DNA from: a virus | Lineage: Duplodnaviria; Caudoviricetes | IMG/VR virus record: IMGVR_UViG_3300043394_000609 | DNA length: 64,000 nucleotides | Direction: 5' to 3' (one strand) | The notes under the pieces: model-generated | Told to the model about the DNA's origin: nothing | What the model saw: the letters and a program-made list of their open reading frames with translations, nothing else | The model's database searches: none | Shown: positions 38,553-48,149 of the stretch, piece by piece | Layout: every line of letters begins with the position of its first letter | Numbering within the stretch: the stretch's first letter is position 1 | Translations under genes and position numbers: made by a program

Positions 38553-39212
38553 ATGGCAACACAGTTAGAAATTATCGCAGAAAAATTGAGACAAGAACAT
38601 ATCTCAAAAAATACCTATGTAGATAAAAAAGAATATAGTATGACGCATAAAAATGCGTTATCCAATGGTGATGAAAAAGGTAAAGGTGAAAGTGGTTCAA
38701 TGATTGGTTCTAGTGTTGATATACAGAATAGAATTAATAGTTTATCTAGAAACACATATAATGAATCAAACGGATACGGTATCACCAATAAAAACGCAAT
38801 AGCAGATGGTGACGAAAAAGGTAAAGGTGAAAACGGTATTAATGTCGGTTCAATAACAGATATTAAAGAAAGAAATACGTTAATCGGTAGAAACGCTTAT
38901 AATTCATTAAATGGTTATAATTCTAATAATGAAAATGCATTATCAAGCGGAGACGAAAAAGGTAAAGGTGAAAAAAATGGTCAAGTTGGGTCATTAAGTG
39001 ATATCTTAAATCGTACTGATAGCGTTGCTAGAAACACATATAATGAATCAAATGGATATGGGCTTACTCACGCAAATGCAATGTCTGATGGTGATTTAAA
39101 AGGTAAAGGTGAAAATAATGGCCAAGTTGGGTCTTCTGCGGATATTCTATTAAGAACAGAAGTTATCGCCAGAAACAAATATAATGGATCAAAAGGATAT
39201 CCAGATTTTTAA
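38553..39212 (+). CDS. Repeat protein with 4.3 copies of a 47-aa unit (NALSxGDEKGKGE)
   Basis: Direct repeats with 141-bp periodicity. Confidence 0.8.
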   Translation: MATQLEIIAEKLRQEHISKNTYVDKKEYSMTHKNALSNGDEKGKGESGSMIGSSVDIQNRINSLSRNTYNESNGYGITNKNAIADGDEKGKGENGINVGSITDIKERNTLIGRNAYNSLNGYNSNNENALSSGDEKGKGEKNGQVGSLSDILNRTDSVARNTYNESNGYGLTHANAMSDGDLKGKGENNGQVGSSADILLRTEVIARNKYNGSKGYPDF

Positions 39213-39213
39213 T

Positions 39214-40200
39214 ATGACATTAGATAATATCTTAAATAATATAATTGAAGAACAGGTAACCCCTGGTAATGAAAAAGCATTAGCACTTAAAACAAGTAAG
39301 TCTAAGCCTTTAGTGGACGCAATTGTTAATAGACACCCAATTACATTTTATTATAGTGGACCAAGAAAACCAAAGAAAGATAGTGTAAAAGCCGGTTACC
39401 GAATTAAAGCTGAAGCTGTTGCGTTAGGGTTAAATAAAAAAGGTAATTTGGTTATTCGTGCATTCATTGATGACCCATCTAAATCGAAAAGAGGTACACC
39501 AGGCCAAGTTGGTATGGATAAATCTAATTTTGGTTGGAGAACGTTTTTAGTTACTAGAATGAGTGGTGTTCAAGTATTAACAACAGAAACATTTGATACC
39601 CCAAGAGCAAAATATAAAACGGGAAATGATGACTCAATGTCGGTAACGTATGTTGTGACAGATTTTAATAAAAAACCTGAAGAACCAAAAAAGAAAATAG
39701 TTACAAAGCCAGCTAAAATTTCTAAACCAGCACCAATAAAACCAGAACCAGTTAGTGTTAAACCGTCAAAAACACCACAAAAGCCTCAAGTCACAAAACA
39801 AACTAGAGATTTCGATCAAGAGATCACTAATGTACAAAATGATTTAGCCACTGTTGTTGCAGACATGAAAACTAATAATGAAAAATACCAAAGTCTAAAA
39901 AATGATCCGGTACAAGCAAAACAATATCTAGATATTTTAAAAGATTTAACTGCTAAAAAGAAAGATTTAGAAAAAAAATCAGATGAATTGGTGGATCAAA
40001 TGAGTCAGGCTACAATATCTGTTGATAATGTCAAAGCACAAAAATTCATGAGCGCAAATGCTGCAAGACAGAAAGAACCGGAAACAACATTACCGGAAAT
40101 ACCAAAAAACGAAAAACCAGGTAAAACACCGGAAGACGAATCAGAAAATTTAAATGAAGGTTTTTTAAAACGAATTAAACAACTAATGACTAGAATATAA
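39214..40200 (+). CDS. WYL-like domain protein with a Pro/Lys-rich linker and coiled coil
   Basis: AIVNRHPITFYY..EAVALG..GNLVIRAF..GWRTFLVTRM; start placed at ATG 39214. Confidence 0.6.
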   Translation: MTLDNILNNIIEEQVTPGNEKALALKTSKSKPLVDAIVNRHPITFYYSGPRKPKKDSVKAGYRIKAEAVALGLNKKGNLVIRAFIDDPSKSKRGTPGQVGMDKSNFGWRTFLVTRMSGVQVLTTETFDTPRAKYKTGNDDSMSVTYVVTDFNKKPEEPKKKIVTKPAKISKPAPIKPEPVSVKPSKTPQKPQVTKQTRDFDQEITNVQNDLATVVADMKTNNEKYQSLKNDPVQAKQYLDILKDLTAKKKDLEKKSDELVDQMSQATISVDNVKAQKFMSANAARQKEPETTLPEIPKNEKPGKTPEDESENLNEGFLKRIKQLMTRI

Positions 40201-40247
40201 GCCTTGTGCTTTATTTTATGAAAATATTAAAATATATTAAATCTATT

Positions 40248-40826
40248 ATGGAAAAAGTAGGAATGTCATCAAGCGATCTAATGCAAAAATTAGTTAATGC
40301 TAAAAAAGTAATGAATAAAGTAGATTCAGGTAATTACGAAACTGGTAATATAAATGAAAACATTTTAAGAAGTGCTCCAGAAGATCTGGACCCACAATCT
40401 TTTGACGCATCAGCTTCTAGTAGACGACCAGTTAACAACAACGCTTCCGTTGATCGTATTAATCAGACAAAATTACCGGATGCAATTAAAAAAGCAATGA
40501 TTGAGAATCCAATTGCTCAAATGCCTCAAATTTCATTAAGTGAAGGTTTGGATATGGATTTTGTGAAAGGGGCTAAAAGATTAATGGAACAAGAAGGTGT
40601 TTCAACTAAATCTCAACCACAACAAAGGTCAAATCAGTCTAACGGTAACGTAGACATGAATTCATTAGCCATTCTTATTGAGAATACGGTTAGAAAAGTG
40701 ATGGACGAAAAGTTAAACCAAATTCTAACAGCACAAACAACATCATCTATTAACGAAAATTTAGTTTTAAAAGTTGGTGATTCTATCTTTAAAGGTAAAA
40801 TTACAGGAGTTAATAAAGCAAAATAA
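40248..40826 (+). CDS. Hypothetical protein
   Basis: Open frame containing KLPDAIKKAMIENPI; start placed at ATG 40248. Confidence 0.7.
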   Translation: MEKVGMSSSDLMQKLVNAKKVMNKVDSGNYETGNINENILRSAPEDLDPQSFDASASSRRPVNNNASVDRINQTKLPDAIKKAMIENPIAQMPQISLSEGLDMDFVKGAKRLMEQEGVSTKSQPQQRSNQSNGNVDMNSLAILIENTVRKVMDEKLNQILTAQTTSSINENLVLKVGDSIFKGKITGVNKAK

Positions 40827-40874
40827 TTTCCTTTTTAAAATTTTAGTCTTATATTAGTTTTATAAACTTTTATA

Positions 40875-42095
40875 ATGTCTAAAATAAGAATATTAGCTAT
40901 CCCGTCGGATAACCACGGTGTTGGGAAGTATAGAATACTTGACCCATATAAATTTATCGGTAATAACTTTTCAGATGAGGTCCATACAGATATTGTATTC
41001 GACTTAGAAGATAAAGATGAAGTCTTTAACAATTATGATATTGTTGTGTTTCATAGCTTTATCCATAAAGCACCCGCAGAAAGAAATCTAGAAAGAATCA
41101 AATGGTTAAAATCCAAAGGTATTAAAACCATAATGGATATTGATGATTTCTGGTCTGTTGATCAGAGACACCCAATGTATAACCAAATTAAAGCAAGTAA
41201 AACACCAGAGAATAAAGTTGAATTTATGCGTAATGTGGATTACGTTACATGTACAACCCCGTACTTTGCGGATATCATTAAACAACGTCTAGGGTTAAAA
41301 AATGTACATGTTTTCCCAAATGCTATTGATGAAAATGAAACTCAGTTTAAACCAAACCCAATAAAATCTGATCTTGTTAGATTTGGTTGGTTAGGCGGTT
41401 CTTCACACTTCCATGATTTGGATTTAATGACGTCTGGTATTGCTTCAACACTTAACCAATATAAAGACAAAACTCAATTTGTTTTATGTGGTTTTGACTT
41501 AAGAGGTACAGTAACAGAAACAAACAGACAAACTGGTGAAACTAGAAAACGCCCAATTAGACCTGAAGAAACTGTGTGGTCTCAATATGAAAAAATATTT
41601 ACAAACAATTATAAATCAGTGAGTTCTGAATATACTAAAGAACTTTTAGCATATAAACAAGATATGGTCCTTGATTTAAATCAACCATACGTACGAAGAT
41701 GGACTGAAGAAATTAATAGATATGCTAGTAATTACAATTATTTTGATGTATCTTTGGCACCGTTAGTTGATACATTTTTCAATGGGTGTAAATCTCAATT
41801 GAAAATTATTGAAGCTGGATTTCATAAAAAAGCAATTATTGCGAGTGAAACTAGCCCATATAATATCGATTTAATTAGCGCGGTGGACCAAGGTACTTTT
41901 AATTCTAACGGTAACTCCTTATTAGTTGGTACTAAAAAGAATCATAAAGATTGGGCTAAACACATGAAACGTCTAATTGACAATCCTAATATGATTGAAG
42001 ATTTAGGTAATCGTTTATATGAAAGCGTTAAAGACAAATATTCTTTAAAGAATGTTTCTACTGACAGAGTACAATTTTTTAAAACAATTTTATAA
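40875..42095 (+). CDS. Glycosyltransferase (GT-B, GT4-like)
   Basis: GVGKYR..P, MDIDDFW, GWLGGSSHFHDL, SLAPL..FNGCKSQLKIIEAG motifs. Confidence 0.85.
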   Translation: MSKIRILAIPSDNHGVGKYRILDPYKFIGNNFSDEVHTDIVFDLEDKDEVFNNYDIVVFHSFIHKAPAERNLERIKWLKSKGIKTIMDIDDFWSVDQRHPMYNQIKASKTPENKVEFMRNVDYVTCTTPYFADIIKQRLGLKNVHVFPNAIDENETQFKPNPIKSDLVRFGWLGGSSHFHDLDLMTSGIASTLNQYKDKTQFVLCGFDLRGTVTETNRQTGETRKRPIRPEETVWSQYEKIFTNNYKSVSSEYTKELLAYKQDMVLDLNQPYVRRWTEEINRYASNYNYFDVSLAPLVDTFFNGCKSQLKIIEAGFHKKAIIASETSPYNIDLISAVDQGTFNSNGNSLLVGTKKNHKDWAKHMKRLIDNPNMIEDLGNRLYESVKDKYSLKNVSTDRVQFFKTIL

Positions 42096-42111
42096 CAAAA
42101 AAACAAAAATT

Positions 42112-42342
42112 ATGCATTACTTAGTTACAATTGGTTACGAAACCGAACAAATGGACAGAGAAGGAAACGCACGTCTTAAAAAGGTGAAATACATCATCGA
42201 GGCTGAAACTGTTGAAGAAGCAACAATTGTTGCCGCAAAATATCGCGCAGGTGATATGAGAACTAGTGAAAGTATCGCCATTTCAAAAATGCCGATCGAG
42301 TGTATCATTGATAAACAGAATACCCCAGAATATTACAAGTAA
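42112..42342 (+). CDS. Small protein resembling the Bacteroidota DUF4494 N-terminal domain
   Basis: Y.VTIGYE..G..KKVKYIIEAETVEEA pattern; start placed at ATG 42112. Confidence 0.5.
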   Translation: MHYLVTIGYETEQMDREGNARLKKVKYIIEAETVEEATIVAAKYRAGDMRTSESIAISKMPIECIIDKQNTPEYYK

Positions 42343-42348
42343 CAATTA

Positions 42349-42957
42349 ATGATCTCTAAGGAAAAGATAGAAAAAAATAAAACTAAATTTTTTGAAACAA
42401 ACGAGAGATACCAAATATTCACTAATGAATTGATTGAGTTTCTGGGGGAAGAATATTTTCTTGCCCCGGCATCTCCTTCACTAGATTTGTACGGTGCTTA
42501 TCCTGGTGGCCTTTTAGATCACACATTAAAAGTTTGTAAATATTCTTTGAACGTTAACGAAACCTTACCAGAATGTATCAGGTTAGAAAACAGTAAAATT
42601 TTAAAAACTGTTTTTTTATCACAGATTGGTAAGGTTTTTTTATTTAAGTTTAATGAAAGTGAATGGCACAGAACCAACCTGGGGAAAATATACGCATATC
42701 GTGATGAAGATATGGTGGCATTAAGAGTTGGTGAAAGAAGTGCATATTACGCAATGAAATACGGTTGTAAATTAGATGAAGAAGAATACCAAGCAATTAT
42801 CAATGTCGATAAAGATTCAGAAGATAAAATGGCAAAATGGCATTCGTCTATTTTAGGACAAATAATAAAACATGGTTTTGAATTAGCATTAATTGATGAA
42901 AAATATGGAAAGAAGCGAAAAACTACAACAGTTACTACAACAACTGAAAACATTTGA
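42349..42957 (+). CDS. HD-superfamily (YhaM-like) protein with a degenerate HD motif
   Basis: APAS..GAYPGGLLDHTLKV retained; LHDIGK replaced by LSQIGK. Confidence 0.7.
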   Translation: MISKEKIEKNKTKFFETNERYQIFTNELIEFLGEEYFLAPASPSLDLYGAYPGGLLDHTLKVCKYSLNVNETLPECIRLENSKILKTVFLSQIGKVFLFKFNESEWHRTNLGKIYAYRDEDMVALRVGERSAYYAMKYGCKLDEEEYQAIINVDKDSEDKMAKWHSSILGQIIKHGFELALIDEKYGKKRKTTTVTTTTENI

Positions 42958-43522
42958 TACTCTTTTATCACAAACTGACGGTGATGAAATAAGTGAAGAT
43001 TTAACCCTTAAAATAAACTCAACATTAGAAGAACTTAATTACGAAATCGTAAGTGCTCAAAGCGATGAAATACAAAGTTTAAAAGTTAAATTTATTAATA
43101 AGTCAAAAAACATTGATCCCGCATTTGCATATGAAGGTGATAGTGGATTTGACTTAAGAGCTGACTTAGATTCATCCGTCACAATAAAACCATTTGAAAG
43201 ATTTTTAGTTCCAACTGGATTGTTTTTTGAATTACAAAAGGGTACTGAAATCCAAGTTAGACCTAGAAGTGGTTTAGCAATTAAACACGGTATTACGGTA
43301 TTAAATTCACCGGGGACTGTAGATAGTCATTATCGTGGAGAAGTGAAAGTGCCATTAATAAATTTAGGTAACGAACCTTTTACAATTGAACCAGGTGATA
43401 GAATTGCACAAGCTGTTGTTATGCCGGTATTTGGTGAAGGTAAAATTAAATTAATTCAAACCGAATCATTAAATGAAACAGTGAGAGGTGAAGGTGGGTT
43501 TAATTCTAGTGGGGTTAAATAA
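42905..43522 (+). CDS. dut: Trimeric dUTPase with an N-terminal helical extension
   Basis: SGFDL, PTGL, RPRSGLA, NSPGTVDSHYRGE, GDRIAQ and RGEGGFNSSG motifs. Confidence 0.95.
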   Translation: MERSEKLQQLLQQLKTFDTLLSQTDGDEISEDLTLKINSTLEELNYEIVSAQSDEIQSLKVKFINKSKNIDPAFAYEGDSGFDLRADLDSSVTIKPFERFLVPTGLFFELQKGTEIQVRPRSGLAIKHGITVLNSPGTVDSHYRGEVKVPLINLGNEPFTIEPGDRIAQAVVMPVFGEGKIKLIQTESLNETVRGEGGFNSSGVK

Positions 43523-43554
43523 ATAAAAAATAAAATAAATTAAAAGACAATATT

Positions 43555-44292
43555 TTGGCTACATCAAAACCTAAATCAAGAAGAGAATCTAGTAATAACA
43601 CACCATTACCAGAAGAACGTAAAATACCACATAAACAAAGAATTCGTGAGTTGATCAAAAAACCTAAAGAAAAATTCTTAACGACGAATCAAGAGACTTA
43701 TTGGAATATATTAGGAAATAATCAAATCACATTATGTTTTGGCCCGGCAGGTGTTGGTAAATCATATATTGCAATGAAAAGAGCGGTAGATTTATTACAT
43801 GATGACTCCAACAAATATGAGAAAATCATTATTGTTAGACCAGCAGTAGAAGCCGAAGAAAAACTTGGATCATTACCCGGTGGTTTAGAAGAAAAATTAG
43901 ACCCATATATCTACCCTTCTTATTATCTTTTAAATAAGATAATCGGTAAAGATGCTAGAGAAAAATTAAAAGACGAAGGATATATTGAAGTTGCGGCATT
44001 GGCTTACATGAGAGGGTGGAATGTTGACAACACAATTTTAGTATTTGAGGAAGCACAAAATGCCACACCAGCGCAAATTAAGTTATTACTTACGCGTATT
44101 GGTTATAACTCAAAATTCTTTATTTCAGGTGATTTAGAACAATCAGATAAGTTTAAAGACAAAACCAAATCTGGTCTGTATGACGCCAAGAAACGTCTAA
44201 GCGATGTAAGAGGGATTGGTATATTTGAATTTGGAAATGAAGACATTGTTAGAAACCCTATTATTTCTGAAATATTGACTAGATACGAATAG
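43555..44292 (+). CDS. phoH: PhoH-family ATPase
   Basis: GPAGVGKS, RPAVEAEEKLGSLPG, AYMRG, EEAQN, LTRIG, GDLEQSD and DIVRNP motifs; TTG start. Confidence 0.95.
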   Translation: MATSKPKSRRESSNNTPLPEERKIPHKQRIRELIKKPKEKFLTTNQETYWNILGNNQITLCFGPAGVGKSYIAMKRAVDLLHDDSNKYEKIIIVRPAVEAEEKLGSLPGGLEEKLDPYIYPSYYLLNKIIGKDAREKLKDEGYIEVAALAYMRGWNVDNTILVFEEAQNATPAQIKLLLTRIGYNSKFFISGDLEQSDKFKDKTKSGLYDAKKRLSDVRGIGIFEFGNEDIVRNPIISEILTRYE

Positions 44293-44334
44293 AATTACTT
44301 TACTTTAATCGATTAAAGCCCTATCTTTTGAATT

Positions 44335-44919
44335 ATGAACATATATATTTCAATCGATGGGGTTTTACGTAATTTTGTAAATCGATTTCATTATCACTAT
44401 GAACAAGCATATATTGATGTTGAAGAAAGTGAAAGTGATTTTGAATATAAAGTTATTGAACCAATAACAAACTTAAATATTGATGACCATTTTGTTTTCC
44501 AATCTAAGGATGAACAAGACTACTTCAGGTACATCGAATACCCAATGGAACTATACGGACATTCTCCGGTAAGTTATAGTGGTGTTAATAATGAATTAAA
44601 TAAATTCATTTTTGAAAATAAAGACCATACTATCACATTAGTTGGTGTTGACGAATTAGGTAAATCGATACCTTCAACTTTCTTCTTCTTATCTAGGAAC
44701 GCATTTATTTGTAACAACGTTAAATTTATTTTAACTGAAGACTTAGAAAAAGTATGGGATAATGTTGACGTTTGGATATCTGATTCTAAGCACATCATGG
44801 AATCTACCCCGGAAGGTAAGAAGCACATTCTTTTTGAAACACCTTACAATCAATTCTTTACTAGTGAAAATAAAATAACTAAATTAAATGAAATCAATCT
44901 AAATGGCGAAAATATTTAA
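44335..44919 (+). CDS. HAD-fold 5'(3')-nucleotidase-like protein with degenerate catalytic aspartates
   Basis: ISIDGVLRNF (expected IDIDGVL), WISD (expected IDD), PYN motif. Confidence 0.7.
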   Translation: MNIYISIDGVLRNFVNRFHYHYEQAYIDVEESESDFEYKVIEPITNLNIDDHFVFQSKDEQDYFRYIEYPMELYGHSPVSYSGVNNELNKFIFENKDHTITLVGVDELGKSIPSTFFFLSRNAFICNNVKFILTEDLEKVWDNVDVWISDSKHIMESTPEGKKHILFETPYNQFFTSENKITKLNEINLNGENI

Positions 44920-45184
44920 CGAATCATACTATGTGGATCTTGATTCAATTGTCGATGTGTGTAATATGAATTTAAACACCAAAGATGAAGATGGGAATGA
45001 TGTTTTAGAACTTAATGTTTTTAAATACGAACTAATAAAAATGATGTTAGAAAGAGTCATTAATGATTATGATGATTCTGAAGAAGATGATGATATTTTT
45101 TCTAAAGATATGTCAGCATCTAAATCATTTAACTTGGCGTTTAATACGTTAGTTCAATACGAAATAATAAAAGAAATTAAATAA
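44903..45184 (+). CDS. Small acidic hypothetical protein
   Basis: 93-aa ORF overlapping the upstream stop; YYVDLD..KYELIKMML..AFNTL. Confidence 0.7.
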   Translation: MAKIFNESYYVDLDSIVDVCNMNLNTKDEDGNDVLELNVFKYELIKMMLERVINDYDDSEEDDDIFSKDMSASKSFNLAFNTLVQYEIIKEIK

Positions 45185-45188
45185 TATA

Positions 45189-46277
45189 ATGAGCGAAAAA
45201 TTAAAGAACATTGAAAAATTACAAGACGCGTTATCTAGAATCGAATCTAATGAAAACGTGATCTACTTTTTGTGTTATGACACAAAAGGGAATGCTAGAG
45301 CGGCGGTTAAACATATCTATGATATGGCTCTTACATTAAAAGAAAACGGTATGAATGCCAAAATTCTTGTTGAAAGCAAGACATATGGTGGTGTTGATGC
45401 TTGGTTAGATGAAAAATATAATGTATTACCTGTTGTTTCAATTAAAGATGATCAAATTGAAATGAAAATCGATGATGTCTTAGTTGTACCAGAAAACTAT
45501 TCTAACGTACTAGAACAATTAGCGACGGTAAGATGTGTTAAGGTTATGTTGGTACAACAAAAAGAATATATGTTTGAAACATTATCTATTGGATCAAGAT
45601 GGAGCGACTTTGGTTTTGACAAAGCAATCACAACGACTGAAACTGCTAAAAAATATATTGCAGAATATTTTCCAGAATCATTGGTTTATATCATCCCACC
45701 AATCATTGAAGATAACTTCACGAAAATTGATGGGCCAGCAAAACCATTTATTGCTATTAGTTCTAGAGACAGGGTTAAACATAGAAAATTAATTTCGGAA
45801 TTTTACTTAAAATACCCACAATTAAGATGGATTACTTTTAAAGATATGATTCAAATGTCACAATCTGATTTTGCGGATGCGTTAAAAGAATGTTTTGTTT
45901 CTGTTTGGATGGATGATGAAAGTACATTTGGTACATTCCCTTTAGAATCTATGAAATGTGATGTGCCAGTTGTTGGTAAAATCCCAACGACAGAACCTGA
46001 TTGGTTATCTGATAATGGTATGTGGACATATGATGAAAACAAATTAGTTGAATTGTTAGGAACATTTTGTTTAGCTTGGCTAGAAGGTGCTGAATTAGAT
46101 GCGGACGTGAAAGATAAAATGCGTAATACTTTATTACCATATCAAACAGATATCACAAAAAACAATATTATTAATGTGTTTAATTCATTCAATTTTAAAA
46201 GAAAAGAATCAATTGTTTCTGCACTAGAGAAATTTAATAAACCATTAGAAGAAGAAATTAAAACAACAGAAGAATAA
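45189..46277 (+). CDS. Glycosyltransferase (GT-B, GT4-like)
   Basis: VVPE and FGTFPLESMKCDVPVVG (FGxxxLEAM..PV-like) motifs. Confidence 0.75.
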   Translation: MSEKLKNIEKLQDALSRIESNENVIYFLCYDTKGNARAAVKHIYDMALTLKENGMNAKILVESKTYGGVDAWLDEKYNVLPVVSIKDDQIEMKIDDVLVVPENYSNVLEQLATVRCVKVMLVQQKEYMFETLSIGSRWSDFGFDKAITTTETAKKYIAEYFPESLVYIIPPIIEDNFTKIDGPAKPFIAISSRDRVKHRKLISEFYLKYPQLRWITFKDMIQMSQSDFADALKECFVSVWMDDESTFGTFPLESMKCDVPVVGKIPTTEPDWLSDNGMWTYDENKLVELLGTFCLAWLEGAELDADVKDKMRNTLLPYQTDITKNNIINVFNSFNFKRKESIVSALEKFNKPLEEEIKTTEE

Positions 46278-47062
46278 TGAAAAATATAACAGTAATATTA
46301 CCAGTACATAAATTAGACGACGATTATAAATTAATGATCGAAAATGCAATTTCATCCGTTAAGGAATTCCATAATGATGTGAAATTATTAATTGTGGCAC
46401 CAAACAAATTGAAAAAACAATTTGACGATATGGAATTTGGTCAAAAATTGGAGATTAAGTTTGAGTACCACAATACAGATTCTAACTTCTGTAACCAAAT
46501 TAATGTTGGTTTAGAAAAAGTTGATACTGAATGGTTCTCAATTTTAGAAGTTGATGACGAATATAAACCAACATGGGTTAAACATATGACTCAATATATT
46601 GAAAACAACAAAGATGTTGATGTGTTTTTACCAATTGTTAAAGATATCGACAATCAAGGTGCGTTTGCTAGTTTCACAAATGAATCAGTTTGGGCATACG
46701 GGTTTACAGATAAACAAGGTTTACTAGATAATGAAACACTTTTAGAGTATCAAAATTACCAAATTAGCGGTGGGTTATATAGAACTAAAACAATTAAAGA
46801 AAACGGTGGTTTAAAAGATAATATTAAATTGACGTTTGGTTATGAGTTTTTATTACGTTTAACACACAATGCGGTTAAAATTATGGCGATTCCTAGAATT
46901 GGTTATATTCACGTAAATTTTAGAGAAGATTCTCTTTTCTGGTCATACAAAAATGATGACAAAAATAAACTTTCGGAAAATGAAGTTAAATTTTGGATGG
47001 AGACAGCTAAGAAAGAATTTTTCTACACTAATAAGAGAGATATTGTAGTAACCGATAATTAA
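46277..47062 (+). CDS. Glycosyltransferase (GT-A, GT2-like)
   Basis: ITVILPVH, N.GLE.V.TEW..ILEVDD, GGL and YEFLLRL motifs. Confidence 0.8.
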   Translation: MKNITVILPVHKLDDDYKLMIENAISSVKEFHNDVKLLIVAPNKLKKQFDDMEFGQKLEIKFEYHNTDSNFCNQINVGLEKVDTEWFSILEVDDEYKPTWVKHMTQYIENNKDVDVFLPIVKDIDNQGAFASFTNESVWAYGFTDKQGLLDNETLLEYQNYQISGGLYRTKTIKENGGLKDNIKLTFGYEFLLRLTHNAVKIMAIPRIGYIHVNFREDSLFWSYKNDDKNKLSENEVKFWMETAKKEFFYTNKRDIVVTDN

Positions 47063-47760
47063 TGCCAAGAAAACGTACCCAAAAAGTTTATTTTGGGGAA
47101 GATCAAGAAAAGGCGGTAGTCAGATACCTAGAAAGTACTGATGATGCAGAAAAAAACAAGATATTCAATGAGTATTTAAGAGATCCCCTAGTTATAATGG
47201 TTGAAAGTATCATTAGACGTTATAAGTTATATAGAAAAGATTTTGAGTTTGAAGATTTACATACTGACACAATGTCTTTTCTAATAACAAAAATTAGCAA
47301 GTTCGATCACACAAAAAATCACAAAGCGTATTCTTACTTTGGTACCATCTGTAAAAATTACTTAATGGGGGCCATTCAAAAGGACCATAAGGAACAAAAC
47401 AGAAGTGTATCATATGAAGACATATCTGAAGATTTAGAATCTAGAGCGGATCTATCATATACTATAGATGAATACCATGTTGATTATGGTCAGATAATTC
47501 AAAAGTTAAGTACACGTTTAGAAGAGTTTGTTGAAAATGAAGATTTAACAGACAACGAAAAAAAATTAGGTTACGCACTATTAGAGATCTTTGGTAATTT
47601 TGACCACATATTCCAAATTGGTGATGGTAATAAATTTAACAAAAATTTGATCTTATTATCATTACGTGAAATGACTTCATTATCAACCAAAGAGATTAGA
47701 ATATCATTAAAGAAATATAAAAATCTTTACGATGGTATATTGGTTGGATTTTTAGAGTAA
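47062..47760 (+). CDS. Late-transcription sigma factor (T4 gp55-like)
   Basis: KFDHTK..KAYSYFGTICKNYL resembles the gp55 region-2 motif; no evident region 4. Confidence 0.7.
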   Translation: MPRKRTQKVYFGEDQEKAVVRYLESTDDAEKNKIFNEYLRDPLVIMVESIIRRYKLYRKDFEFEDLHTDTMSFLITKISKFDHTKNHKAYSYFGTICKNYLMGAIQKDHKEQNRSVSYEDISEDLESRADLSYTIDEYHVDYGQIIQKLSTRLEEFVENEDLTDNEKKLGYALLEIFGNFDHIFQIGDGNKFNKNLILLSLREMTSLSTKEIRISLKKYKNLYDGILVGFLE

Positions 47761-47763
47761 GTC

Positions 47764-47771
47764 TATTTATT
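47764..47771 (+). promoter_or_regulatory. Putative late promoter TATTTATT
   Basis: 3 nt upstream of the ATG at 47775. Confidence 0.6.
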
Positions 47772-47774
47772 AGT

Positions 47775-48149
47775 ATGAGAACACCTAGGAAAAATATAGC
47801 GCTAGATACCGAATCGGCATTGGCGCTAATGCAAGAAATCTACAATGATATTGTGGAACAGAAGAATACTGCAACCTTAATCATGAAAAAGATGCTTTCA
47901 TTTATGAAAGAATCTGAGGATATGTCAGTAATAGGACCCGTAATTAAGGAACAACAAAAGATCCTTAATGAATGTACAGAAAAGAAAATTTCATTAGTGA
48001 AAATCCAAAACACTTTAATTCAAAAAGGCGCTTCGGATGGTAATAAATTTAGCCCAGGTAAAATGACATTAACCGATGAAGATAGAGATCTTTTAGATAA
48101 ACTAGTTGGTGGTGTCGATGATAATAAAGGGGAAAAATATTCACTATAA
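47775..48149 (+). CDS. Hypothetical coiled-coil protein
   Basis: 124-aa ORF, translationally coupled (TAATG) to the next gene. Confidence 0.7.
   Translation: MRTPRKNIALDTESALALMQEIYNDIVEQKNTATLIMKKMLSFMKESEDMSVIGPVIKEQQKILNECTEKKISLVKIQNTLIQKGASDGNKFSPGKMTLTDEDRDLLDKLVGGVDDNKGEKYSL

Noticed and set aside
34209-39212. Tandem repeats as a CRISPR array or DGR template/variable repeat
   Set aside because: The repeats are in-frame coding units with synonymous variation and no unique spacers; no cas or reverse transcriptase gene was seen
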